A program made the translations under genes and the position numbers. Shown here in pieces: positions 43,101 to 57,200 of a stretch of 64,000 bases of DNA. Position 1 is the first letter of the stretch; each line of letters starts with the position of its first letter. Below the pieces are notes generated by a model. The model saw nothing but the letters and a program-made list of their open reading frames with translations, did no database searches and was not told where the DNA came from. Origin of the DNA: Eledone cirrhosa (Eukaryota); NCBI GenBank assembly GCA_964016885.1, contig OZ024742.1, positions 341,682,001-341,746,000 of the forward strand, written 5' to 3'.

Positions 43101-44810
43101 TGTTAGCTTTACAACAATATTTATTAAAAACCTGTTTCACTCTACACGGTACACCAGTGCCCTATCGGGAGTGTTAGCTTCATTACAATATTTAGTAAAA
43201 CCCTGTTTCACTCTACACGGTACATCAGTGTTCTATCGAGAGTGTTAGCTTCATTACAATATTTAGTAAAACCCTGTTTCACTCTACACGGTACATCAGT
43301 GTTCTATCGAGAGTGTTAGCTTCATTACAATATTTAGTAAAATCCTGTTTCACTCTACACGGTACATCAGTGTTCTATCGAGAGTGTTAGCTTCATTACA
43401 ATATTTAGTAAAACCCTGTTTCACTCTACACGGTACATTAGTGCTCTATCGAGAGTGTTAGCTTTATAACAATATTTATTAAAACCCTGTTTTACTCTAC
43501 ACGGTACATCAGTGCTCTATCGAGAGTGTTAGCTTTATAACAGTATTTATTAAAACCCTGTTTCATTCTACACGGTACATCAGTGTTCTATCGAGAGTGT
43601 TAGCTTCATTACAGTATTTAGTAAAACCCTGTTTCACTCTACACGGTACATCAGTGTTCTATCGAGAGTGTAGCTTCATTACAATATTTATTAAAACCCT
43701 GTTTCACTCTACACGGTACACCAGTCTACTATGGAGAGTGTTAACTTCATTACAATATTTATTAAAACACTGTTTCACACTACACGGTACATCAGTGTTC
43801 TATCGAGAGTGTTAGCTTCATTACAATATTTATTTAAACCCTGTTTCACTCTACACGGTACATCAGTGCCCTATCGAGAGTGTTAACTTCATTACAATTT
43901 TTAGTAAAACCCTGTTTCACTCTACACGGTACATCAGTGCTCTATCAAGTGTGTTAGCTTCATTACAATATTTATTAAAACCCTGTTTCACTCTACACGG
44001 TACATCAGTGTTCTATCGAGAGTGTTAGCTTCATTACAATATTTATTAAAATCCTGTTTCACTCTACACGGTACATCAGTGTTCTATCGAGAGTGTAGCT
44101 TCATTACAATATTTATTAAAACCCTGTTTCACTATACACGGTACATCAGTACTCTATCGAGAGTGTTAGCTTCATTACAATATTTATTAAAACCCTGTTT
44201 CAGTCTACACGGTACATCAGTGTTCTATCGAGAGTGTTAGCTTTATAACAATATTTAGTAAAACCATGTTTCACTCTACACGGTACATCAGTGTTCTGTC
44301 GAGAGTGTAGCTTCATTACAATATTTATTATAACCCTGTTTCACTATACACGGTACATCAGTACTCTATCGAGAGTGTTAGCTTCATTACAATATTTAGT
44401 AAAACCCTGTTTCACTCTACACGGTACATCAGTGCTCTATCGAGAGTGGTAGCTTTATAACAATATTTATTAAAACCCTGTTTCACTCTACACGGTAGAT
44501 CAGTGTTCTATCGAGAGTGTTAGCTTCATTACAATATTTAGTAAAACCATGTTTCACTCTACACGGTACACCAGTGTTCTATCGAGAGTGTTAGCTTCAT
44601 TATAATATTTAGTAAAACCCTGTTTCACTCTACACGGTACATCAGTGTTCTATCGAGAGTGTTAGCATCATTACAATATTTAGTAAAACCCTGTTTCACT
44701 CTACACGGTACACCAGTCTTCTATGGGGAGTGTTAACTTCATTACAATATTTATTAAAACCCTGTTTCACTCTACACGGTACATCAGTGTTCTATCGAGA
44801 GTGTTAGCTT
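39500..44810. repeat. Tandem duplication of about 2.6-2.7 kb (37-38 monomers), with a related third copy near 47200-49600
   Basis: ORF offsets 2695 (40902/43597) and 2624 (41398/44022). Shared variants tcacactac (about 41151, 43775, 48788), tattaaaatcc and ttctgtcgagagtgtag (about 41670, 44294). Confidence 0.8.
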
Positions 44811-47800
44811 CATTACAATATTTAGTAAAACCCTGTTTCACTCTACACGGTACATCGAGAGTGTAGCTTCATTACAATATTTATTAAAACCCTGTTTCAC
44901 TCTACACGGTACACCAATCTTCTATGGAGAGTGTTAACTTCATTACAATATTTATTAAAACCCTGGTTCACTCTACACGGTACATCAGTGTTCTATCGAG
45001 AGCGTTAGCTTCATTACAATATTTATTAAAACCCTGTTTCACTCTACACGGTACATCAGTGTTCTATTGAGAGTGTTAGCTTCATTACAATATTTAGTAA
45101 AACCTTGTTTCACTCTACACGATACACCAATCTTCTATGGAGAGTTTTAACTTCATTACAATATTTATTAAAACCCTGGTTCACTCTACACGGTACATCA
45201 GTGTTTCTATCGAGAGTGTTTGCTTCATTACCATATTTAGTAAAACCCTGTTTCACTCTACACGGTACATCAGTGTTCTATCGAGAGTGTTAGCTTTATA
45301 ACAATATTTAGTAAAACCCTGTTTCACTCTACACGGTACATCAGTGCTCTATCGAGTGTGTTAGCTTCATTACAATATTTATTAAAACCCTGTTTCACTC
45401 TACACGGTACATCAGTGTTCTATCGAGAGTGTAGCTTCATTACAATATTTATTAAAACCCTGGTTCACTCTACACGGTACATCAGTGTTTCTATCGAGAG
45501 TGTTAGCTTCATTACCATATTTAGTAAAACCCTGTTTCACTCTACACGGTACATCAGTGTTCTATCGAGAGTGTTAGCTTTATAACAATATTTAGTAAAA
45601 CCCTGTTTCACTCTACACGGTACATCAGTGCTCTATCGAGTGTGTTAGCTTCATTACAATATTTATTAAAACCCTGTTTCACTCTACACGGTACATCAGT
45701 GTTCTATCGAGAGTGTAGCTTCATTACAATATTTATTAAAACCCTGTTTCACTCTACACGGTACATCAGTGCTCTATCGAGAGTGTTAGCTTCATTACAA
45801 TATTTAGTAAAACCCTGTTTCACTCTACACGGTACATCAGTGCTCTATCGAGAGTGTTAGCTTCATTACAATATTTATTAAAACCCTGTTTCACTCTACA
45901 CGGTACATCAGTGCTCTATCGAGAGTGGTAGCTTTATAACAATATTTATTAAAACCATGTTTCGCTCTACACGGTACACCAGTGTTCTATCGAGAGTGTT
46001 AGCTTCATTACAATATTTAGTAAAACCCTGTTTCACTCTACACGGTACATCAGTGTTCTATCGAGAGTGTTAGCTTCATTACAATATTTAGTAAAACCCT
46101 GTTTCACTCTACACGGTACACCAGTCTTCTATGGGGAGTGTTAACTTCATTACAATATTTATTAAAACCCTGTTTCACTCTACACGGTACACCAGTGTTC
46201 TATCGAGAGTGTTAGCTTCATTACAATATTTATTTAAACCCTGTTTCACTCTACACGGTACATCAGTGCCCTATCGAGAGTGTTAACTTCATTACAATAT
46301 TTAGTAAAACCTTGTTTCACTCTACACGATACACCAATCTTCTATGGGGAGTGTTAACTTCATTACAATATTTATTGAAACCCTGTTTCACTCTACACGG
46401 TACATCAGTGCCCTATCGAGAGTGTTAACTTCATTACAATATTTAGTAAAACCCTGTTTCACTCTACACGGTACATCGAGAGTGTAGCTTCATTACAATA
46501 TTTATTAAAACCCTGTTTCACTCTACACGGTACACCAATCTTCTATGGAGAGTGTTAACTTCATTACAATATTTATTAAAACCCTGGTTCACTCTACACG
46601 GTACATCAGTGTTCTATCGAGAGCGTTAGCTTCATTACATTATTTATTAAAACCCTGTTTCACTCTACACGGTACATCAGTGTTCTATTGAGAGTGTTAG
46701 CTTCATTACAATATTTAGTAAAACCTTGTTTCACTCTACACGATACACCAATCTTCTATGGAGAGTGTTAACTTCATTACAATATTTATTAAAACCCTGG
46801 TTCACTCTACACGGTACATCAGTGTTCTATCGAGAGTGTTAGCTTCATTACCATATTTAGTAAAACCCTGTTTCACTCTACACGGTACATCAGTGTTCTA
46901 TCGAGAGAGTTAGCTTTATAACAATATTTAGTAAAACCCTGTTTCACTCTACACGGTACATCAGTGCTCTATCGAGTGTGTTAGCTTCATTACAATATTT
47001 ATTAAAACCCTGTTTCACTCTACACGGTACATCAGTGTTCTATCGAGAGTGTAGCTTCATTACAATATTTATTAAAACCCTGTTTCACTCTACACGGTAC
47101 ATCAGTGCTCTATCGAGAGTGTTAGCTTCATTACAATATTTAGTAAAACCCTGTTTCCCTCTACACGGTACATCAGTGCTCTATCGAGAGTGTTAGCTTC
47201 ATTACAATATTTATTAAAACCCTGTTTCACTCTACACGGTACATCAGTGCTCTATCGAGAGTGGTAGCTTTATAACAATATTTATTAAAACCCTGTTTCA
47301 CTCTACACGGTAGATCAGTGTTCTATCGAGAGTGTTAGCTTCATTACAATATTTAGTAAAACCATGTTTCGCTCTACACGGTACACCAGTGTTCTATCGA
47401 GAGTGTTAGCTTCATTACAATATTTAGTAAAACCCTGTTTCACTCTACACGGTACATCAGTGTTCTATCGAGAGTGTTAGCTTCATTACAATATTTAGTA
47501 AAACCCTGTTTCATTCTACACGGTACACCAGTCTTCTATGGGGAGTGTTAATTTCATTACAATATTTATTAAAACCCTGTTTCACTCTACACGGTACATC
47601 AGTGTTCTATCGAGAGTGTTAGCTTCATTACAATAATTAGTAAAACCCTGTTTCACTATACACGGTACACCAGTCTTCTATGGAGAGTGTTAACTTCATT
47701 ACAATATTTATTAAAACCCTGTTTTACTGTACACGGTATACCAGTGTTCTATCGAGAGTGTTAGCTTCATTACAATATTTATTAAAGCCCTGTTTCACTC

Positions 47801-50800
47801 TACACGGTACACCAGTGTTCTATCGAGAGTGTTAGCTTCATTACAATATTTAGTAAAACCCTGTTTCACTCTACTCGGTACATTAGTGTTCTATCGAGAG
47901 TGTTAGCTTCATTACAATATTTAGTAAAACCCTGTTTCACTCTACACGGTACATCAGTGTTCTATCGAGAGTGTTAGCTTCATTACAATATTTAGTAAAA
48001 CCCTGTTTCACTCTACACGGTACATTAGTGCTCTATCGAGAGTGTTAGCTTTACAACAATATTTATTAAAACCCTGTTTCACTCTACACGGTACACCAGT
48101 GCCCTATCGGGAGTGTTAGCTTCATTACAATATTTAGTAAAACCCTGTTTCACTCTACACGGTACATCAGTGTTCTGTCGAGAGTGTTAGCTTCATTACA
48201 ATATTTAGTAAAACCCTGTTTCACTCTACACGGTACATCAGTGTTCTATCGAGAGTGTTAGCTTCATTACAATATTTAGTAAAATCCTGTTTCACTCTAC
48301 ACGGTACATCAGTGTTCTATCGAGAGTGTTAGCTTCATTACAATATTTAGTAAAACCCTGTTTCACTCTACACGGTACATTAGTGCTCTATCGAGAGTGT
48401 TAGCTTTATAACAATATTTATTAAAACCCTGTTTTACTCTACACGGTACATCAGTGCTCTATCGAGAGTGTTAGCTTTATAACAGTATTTATTAAAACCC
48501 TGTTTCATTCTACACGGTACATCAGTGTTCTATCGAGAGTGTTAGCTTCATTACAGTATTTAGTAAAACCCTGTTTCACTCTACACGGTACATCAGTGTT
48601 CTATCGAGAGTGTAGCTTCATTACAATATTTATTAAAACCCTGTTTCACTCTACACGGTACATCAGTGTTCTATCGAGAGTGTTAGCTTCATTACAATAT
48701 TTATTAAAACCCTGTTTCACTCTACACGGTACACCAGTCTTCTATGGAGAGTGTTAACTTCATTACAATATTTATTAAAACCCTGTTTCACACTACACGG
48801 TACATCAGTGTTCTATCGAGAGTGTTAGCTTCATTACAATATTTATTTAAACCCTGTTTCACTCTACACGGTACATCAGTGCCCTATCGAGAGTGTTAAC
48901 TTCATTACAATTTTTAGTAAAACCCTGTTTCACTCTACACGTTACATCAGTGCTCTATCAAGTGTGTTAGCTTCATTACAATATTTATTAAAACCCTGTT
49001 TCACTCTACACGGTACATCAGTGTTCTATCGAGAGTGTTAGCTTCATTACAATATTTATTAAAATCCTGTTTCACTCTACACGGTACATCAGTGTTCTAT
49101 CGAGAGTGTAGCTTCATTACAATATTTATTATAACCCTGTTTCACTATACACGGTACATCAGTACTCTATCGAGAGTGTTAGCTTCATTACAATATTTAG
49201 TAAAACCCTGTTTCACTCTACACGGTACATCAGTGCTCTATCGAGAGTGGTAGCTTTATAACAGTATTTATTAAAACCCTGTTTCACTCTACACGGTAGA
49301 TCAGTGTTCTATCGAGAGTGTTAGCTTCATTACAATATTTAGTAAAACCATGTTTCACTCTACACGGTACACCAGTGTTCTATCGAGAGTGTTAGCTTCA
49401 TTATAATATTTAGTAAAACCCTGTTTCACTCTACACGGTACATCAGTGTTCTATCGAGAGTGTTAGCATCATTACAATATTTAGTAAAACCCTGTTTCAC
49501 TCTACACGGTACACCAGTCTTCTATGGGGAGTGTTAACTTCATTACAATATTTATTAAAACCCTGTTTCACTCTACACGGTACATCAGTGTTCTATCGAG
49601 AGCGTTAGCTTCATTACAATATTTATTAAAACCCTGTTTCACTCTACAGGGTACACCAATCTTCTATGGAGAGTGTTAACTTCATTACAATATTTATTAA
49701 AACCCTGGTTCACTCTACACGGTACATCAGTGTTCTATCGAGAGCGTTAGCTTCATTACAATATTTATTAAAACCCTGTTTCACTCTACACGGTACATCA
49801 GTGTTCTATTGAGAGTGTTAGCTTCATTACAATATTTAGTAAAACCTTGTTTCACTCTACACGATACACCAATCTTCTATGGAGAGTGTTAACTTCATTA
49901 CAATATTTATTAAAACCCTGGTTCACTCTACACGGTACATCAGTGTTCTATCGAGAGTGTTAGCTTCATTACCATATTTAGTAAAACCCTGTTTCACTCT
50001 ACACGGTACATCAGTGTTCTATCGAGAGTGTTAGCTTTATAACAATATTTAGTAAAACCCTGTTTCACTCTACACGGTATATCAGTGCTCTATCGAGTGT
50101 GTTAGCTTCATTACAATATTTATTAAAACCCTGTTTCACTCTACACGGTACATCAGTGTTCTATCGAGAGTGTAGCTTCATTACAATATTTATTAAAACC
50201 CTGTTTCACTCTACAAGGTACATCAGTGCTCTATCGAGAGTGTTAGCTTCATTACAGTATTTAGTAAAACCCTGTTTCACTCTACAAGGTACATCAGTGC
50301 TCTATCGAGAGTGTTAGCTTCATTACAATATTTATTAAAACCCTGTTTCACTCTAAACGATACATCAGTGCTCTATCGAGAGTGGTAGCTTTATAACAAT
50401 ATTTATTAAAACCATGTTTCGCTCTACACGGTACACCAGTGTTCTATCGAGAGTGTTAGCTTCATTACAATATTTAGTAAAACCCTGTTTCACTCTACAC
50501 GGTACATCAGTGTTCTATCGAGAGTGTTAGCTTCATTACAATATTTAGTAAAACCCTGTTTCACTCTACACGGTACACCAGTCTTCTGTGGGGAGTGTTA
50601 ACTTCATTACAATATTTATTAAAACCCTGTTTCACTCTACACGGTACATCAGTGTTCTATCGAGAGTGTTAGCTTCATTACAATAATTAGTAAAACACTG
50701 TTTCACTATACACGGTACACCAGTCTTCTATGGAGAGTGTTAACTTCATTACAATATTTATTAAAACCCTGTTTTACTGTACACGGTACACCAGTGTTCT

Positions 50801-51299
50801 ATCGAGAGTGTTAGCTTCATTATAATATTTATTAAAACCCTGTTTCACTCTACACGGTACACCAGTGTTCTATCGAGAGTGTTAGCTTCATTACAATATT
50901 TAGTAAAACCCTGTTTCACTCTACTCGGTACATTAGTGTTCTATCGAGAGTGTTAGCTTCATTACAATATTTAGTAAAACCCTGTTTCACTCTACACGGT
51001 ACATCAGTGTTCTATCGAGAGTGTTAGCTTCATTACAATATTTAGTAAAACCCTGTTTCACTCTACACGGTACATTAGTGCTCTATCGAGAGTGTTAGCT
51101 TTACAACAATATTTATTAAAACCCTGTTTCACTCTACACGGTACACCAGTGCCCTATCGGGAGTGTTAGCTTCATTACAATATTTAGTAAAACCCTGTTT
51201 CACTCTACACGGTACATCAGTGTTCTATCGAGAGTGTTAGCTTCATTACAATATTTAGTAAAATCCTGTTTCACTCTACACGGTACATCAGTGTTCTAT

Positions 51300-54200
51300 C
51301 GAGAGTGTTAGCTTCATTACAATATTTAGTAAAACCCTGTTTCACTCTACACGGTACATTAGTGCTCTATCGAGAGTGTTAGCTTTATAACAATATTTAT
51401 TAAAACCCTGTTTTACTCTACACGGTACATCAGTGCTCTATCGAGAGTGTTAGCTTTATAACAGTATTTATTATAACCCTGTTTCATTCTACACGGTACA
51501 TCAGTGTTCTATCGAGAGTGTTAGCTTCATTACAGTATTTAGTAAAACCCTGTTTCACTCTACACGGTACATCAGTGTTCTATCGAGAGTGTAGCTTCAT
51601 TACAATATTTATTAAAACCCTGTTTCACTCTACACGGTACATCAGTGTTCTATCGAGAGTGTTAGCTTCATTACAATATTTATTAAAACCCTGTTTCACT
51701 CTACACGGTACACCAGACTTCTATGGAGAGTGTTAACTTCATTACAATATTTATTAAAACCCTGTTTCACTCTACACGGTACATCAGTGTTCTATCGAGA
51801 GTGTTAGCTTCATTACAATATTTATTTAAACCCTGTTTCACTCTACACGGTACATCAGTGCCCTATCGAGAGTGTTAACTTCATTACAATTTTTAGTAAA
51901 ACCCTGTTTCACTCTACACGGTACATCAGTGCTCTATCGAGAGCGTTAGCTTCTTTACAATATTTATTAAAACCCTGTTTCACTCTACACGGTACATCAG
52001 TGTTCTATCGAGAGTTTTAGCTTCATTACAATATTTAGTAAAACCCTGTTTCACTCTACACGGTACATCAGTGTTCTATCGAGAGTGTAGCTTCATTACA
52101 ATATTCATTAAAACCCTGTTTCACTCTACACGGTACATCAGTGCTCTATCGTGAGTTTTAGCTTCATTACAATATTTAGTAAAACCCTGTTTCACTCTAC
52201 ACGGTACATCAGTGCTCTATCGAGGGTGTTAGCTTCATTACAATATTTATTAAAACCCTGTTTCACTCTACACGGTGCACCAGTGTTCTATCAAGAGTGT
52301 TAGCTTCATTACAATATTTAGTAAAACCCTGTTTCACTCTACACGGTACATCAGTGTTCTATCGAGAGTGTTAGCTTCATTACAATATTTAGTAAAACCC
52401 TGTTTCACTCTACACGTTACACCAGTCTTATATGGAGAGTGTTAACTTCATTACAATATTTATTAAAACCCTGTTTCACTCTACACGGTATATCAGTGTT
52501 CTATCGAGAGTGTTAGCTTCATTACAATATTTAGTAAAACCCTGTTTCACTCTACACGGTACACCAGTCTTCTATGGAGAGTGTTAACTTCATTACAATA
52601 TTTATTAAAACCCTGTTTCACTCTACACGGTACATCAGTGTTCTATCGAGAGTGTTAGCTTCATTACAATATTTAGTAAAACCCTGTTTCACTCTACACG
52701 GTACATCAGTGTTCTATCGAGAGTGTTAGCTTCATTACAATATTTATTAAAAACCTGTTTCACTCTACACGGTACATCAGTGCTCTATCTAGAGTGTTAG
52801 CTTCATTACAATATTTAGTAAAACCCTGTTTCACTCTACACGGTACATCAGTGCTCTATCGAGAGTGTTAGCTTCATTACAATATTTATTATAACACTGT
52901 TTCACTCTACACGGTACATCAGTGCTCTATCGAGAGTGGTAGCTTTATAACAATATTTATTAAAAACCTATTTCACTCTACACGGTAGATCAGTGTTCTA
53001 TCGAGAGTGTTAGCTTCATTACAATATTTAGTAAAACCATGTTTCACTCTACACGGTACACCAGTGTTCTATCGAGAGTGTTAGCTTCATTACAATATTT
53101 AGTAAAACCCTGTTTCACTCTACACGGTACACCAGTCTTCTATGGGAGTGTTAACTTCATTACAATATTTATTAAAACCCTGTTTCACTCTACACGGTAC
53201 ATCAGTGTTCTATCGAGAGTGTTAGCTTCATTACAATATTTAGTAAAACCCTGTTTCATTATACATGGTACACCAGTCTTCTATGGAGAGTGTTAACTTC
53301 ATTACAATATTTATTAAAACCCTGTTTCACTCTACACGGTACACCAGTGTTCTATCGAGAGTGTTAGCTTCATTACAATATTTATTAAAACCCTGTTTCA
53401 CTCTACACGGTACATCAGTGTTCTATCGAGAGTGTTAGCTTCATTACAATATTTATTTAAACCCTGTTTCACTCTACACGGTACATCAGTGCCCTATCGA
53501 GAGTGTTAACTTCATTACAATTTTTAGTAAAACCCTGTTTCACTCTACACGGTACATCAGTGCTCTATCGAGAGCGTTAGCTTCTTTACAATATTTATTA
53601 AAACCCTGTTTCACTCTACACGGTACATCAGTGTTCTATCGAGAGTTTTAGCTTCATTACAATATTTAGTAAAACCCTGTTTCACTCTACACGGTACATC
53701 AGTGTTCTATCGAGAGTGTAGCTTCATTACAATATTCATTAAAACCCTGTTTCACTCTACACGGTACATCAGTGCTCTATCGTGAGTTTTAGCTTCATTA
53801 CAATATTTAGTAAAACCCTGTTTCACTCTACACGGTACATCAGTGCTCTATCGAGGGTGTTAGCTTCATTACAATATTTATTAAAACCCTGTTTCACTCT
53901 ACACGGTGCACCAGTGTTCTATCAAGAGTGTTAGCTTCATTACAATATTTAGTAAAACCCTGTTTCACTCTACACGGTACATCAGTGTTCTATCGAGAGT
54001 GTTAGCTTCATTACAATATTTAGTAAAACCCTGTTTCACTCTACACGTTACACCAGTCTTATATGGAGAGTGTTAACTTCATTACAATATTTATTAAAAC
54101 CCTGTTTCACTCTACACGGTATATCAGTGTTCTATCGAGAGTGTTAGCTTCATTACAATATTTAGTAAAACCCTGTTTCACTCTACACGGTACACCAGTC

Positions 54201-57200
54201 TTCTATGGAGAGTGTTAACTTCATTACAATATTTATTAAAACCCTGTTTCACTCTACACGGTACATCAGTGTTCTATCGAGAGTGTTAGCTTCATTACAA
54301 TATTTAGTAAAACCCTGTTTCACTCTACACGGTACATCAGTGTTCTATCGAGAGTGTTAGCTTCATTACAATATTTATTAAAAACCTGTTTCACTCTACA
54401 CGGTACATCAGTGCTCTATCTAGAGTGTTAGCTTCATTACAATATTTAGTAAAACCCTGTTTCACTCTACACGGTACATCAGTGCTCTATCGAGAGTGTT
54501 AGCTTCATTACAATATTTATTATAACACTGTTTCACTCTACACGGTACATCAGTGCTCTATCGAGAGTGGTAGCTTTATAACAATATTTATTAAAAACCT
54601 ATTTCACTCTACACGGTAGATCAGTGTTCTATCGAGAGTGTTAGCTTCATTACAATATTTAGTAAAACCATGTTTCACTCTACACGGTACACCAGTGTTC
54701 TATCGAGAGTGTTAGCTTCATTACAATATTTAGTAAAACCCTGTTTCACTCTACACGGTACACCAGTCTTCTATGGGAGTGTTAACTTCATTACAATATT
54801 TATTAAAACCCTGTTTCACTCTACACGGTACATCAGTGTTCTATCGAGAGTGTTAGCTTCATTACAATATTTAGTAAAACCCTGTTTCACTCTACACGGT
54901 ACATTAGTGCTCTATCGAGAGTGTTAGCTTTATAACAATATTTATTAAAACCCTGTTTTACTCTACACGGTACATCAGTGCTCTATCGAGAGTGTTAGCT
55001 TTATAACAGTATTTATTATAACCCTGTTTCATTCTACACGGTACATCAGTGTTCTATCGAGAGTGTTAGCTTCATTACAGTATTTAGTAAAACCCTGTTT
55101 CACTCTACACGGTACATCAGTGTTCTATCGAGAGTGTAGCTTCATTACAATATTTATTAAAACCCTGTTTCACTCTACACGGTACATCAGTGTTCTATCG
55201 AGAGTGTTAGCTTCATTACAATATTTATTAAAACCCTGTTTCACTCTACACGGTACACCAGACTTCTATGGAGAGTGTTAACTTCATTACAATATTTATT
55301 AAAACCCTGTTTCACTCTACACGGTACATCAGTGTTCTATCGAGAGTGTTAGCTTCATTACAATATTTATTTAAACCCTGTTTCACTCTACACGGTACAT
55401 CAGTGCCCTATCGAGAGTGTTAACTTCATTACAATTTTTAGTAAAACCCTGTTTCACTCTACACGGTACATCAGTGCTCTATCGAGAGCGTTAGCTTCTT
55501 TACAATATTTATTAAAACCCTGTTTCACTCTACACGGTACATCAGTGTTCTATCGAGAGTTTTAGCTTCATTACAATATTTAGTAAAACCCTGTTTCACT
55601 CTACACGGTACATCAGTGTTCTATCGAGAGTGTAGCTTCATTACAATATTCATTAAAACCCTGTTTCACTCTACACGGTACATCAGTGCTCTATCGTGAG
55701 TTTTAGCTTCATTACAATATTTAGTAAAACCCTGTTTCACTCTACACGGTACATCAGTGCTCTATCGAGGGTGTTAGCTTCATTACAATATTTATTAAAA
55801 CCCTGTTTCACTCTACACGGTGCACCAGTGTTCTATCAAGAGTGTTAGCTTCATTACAATATTTAGTAAAACCCTGTTTCACTCTACACGGTACATCAGT
55901 GTTCTATCGAGAGTGTTAGTTTCATTACAATATTTAGTAAAACCCTGTTTCACTCTACACGTTACACCAGTCTTATATGGAGAGTGTTAACTTCATTACA
56001 ATATTTATTAAAACCCTGTTTCACTCTACACGGTATATCAGTGTTCTATCGAGAGTGTTAGCTTCATTACAATATTTAGTAAAACCCTGTTTCACTCTAC
56101 ACGGTACACCAGTCTTCTATGGAGAGTGTTAACTTCATTACAATATTTATTAAAACCCTGTTTCACTCTACACGGTACATCAGTGTTCTATCGAGAGTGT
56201 TAGCTTCATTACAATATTTAGTAAAACCCTGTTTCACTCTACACGGTACATCAGTGTTCTATCGAGAGTGTTAGCTTCATTACAATATTTATTAAAAACC
56301 TGTTTCACTCTACACGGTACATCAGTGCTCTATCTAGAGTGTTAGCTTCATTACAATATTTAGTAAAACCCTGTTTCACTCTACACGGTACATCAGTGCT
56401 CTATCGAGAGTGTTAGCTTCATTACAATATTTATTATAACACTGTTTCACTCTACACGGTACATCAGTGCTCTATCGAGAGTGGTAGCTTTATAACAATA
56501 TTTATTAAAAACCTATTTCACTCTACACGGTAGATCAGTGTTCTATCGAGAGTGTTAGCTTCATTACAATATTTAGTAAAACCATGTTTCACTCTACACG
56601 GTACACCAGTGTTCTATCGAGAGTGTTAGCTTCATTACAATATTTAGTAAAACCCTGTTTCACTCTACACGGTACACCAGTCTTCTATGGGAGTGTTAAC
56701 TTCATTACAATATTTATTAAAACCCTGTTTCACTCTACACGGTACATCAGTGTTCTATCGAGAGTGTTAGCTTCATTACAATATTTAGTAAAACCCTGTT
56801 TCATTATACATGGTACACCAGTCTTCTATGGAGAGTGTTAACTTCATTACAATATTTATTAAAACCCTGTTTCACTCTACACGGTACACCAGTGTTCTAT
56901 CGAGAGTGTTAGCTTCATTACAATATTTATTAAAACCCTGTTTCACTCTACACGGTACACCAGTGCCCTATCGGGAGTGTTAGCTTCATTACAATATTTA
57001 GTAAAACCCTGTTTCACTCTACACGGTACATCAGTGTTCTATCGAGAGTGTTAGCTTCATTACAATATTTATTAAAACCCTGTTTCACTCTACACGGTAC
57101 ACCAGACTTCTATGGAGAGTGTTAACTTCATTACAATATTTATTAAAACCCTGTTTCACTCTACACGGTACATCAGTGTTCTATCGAGAGTGTTAGCTTC

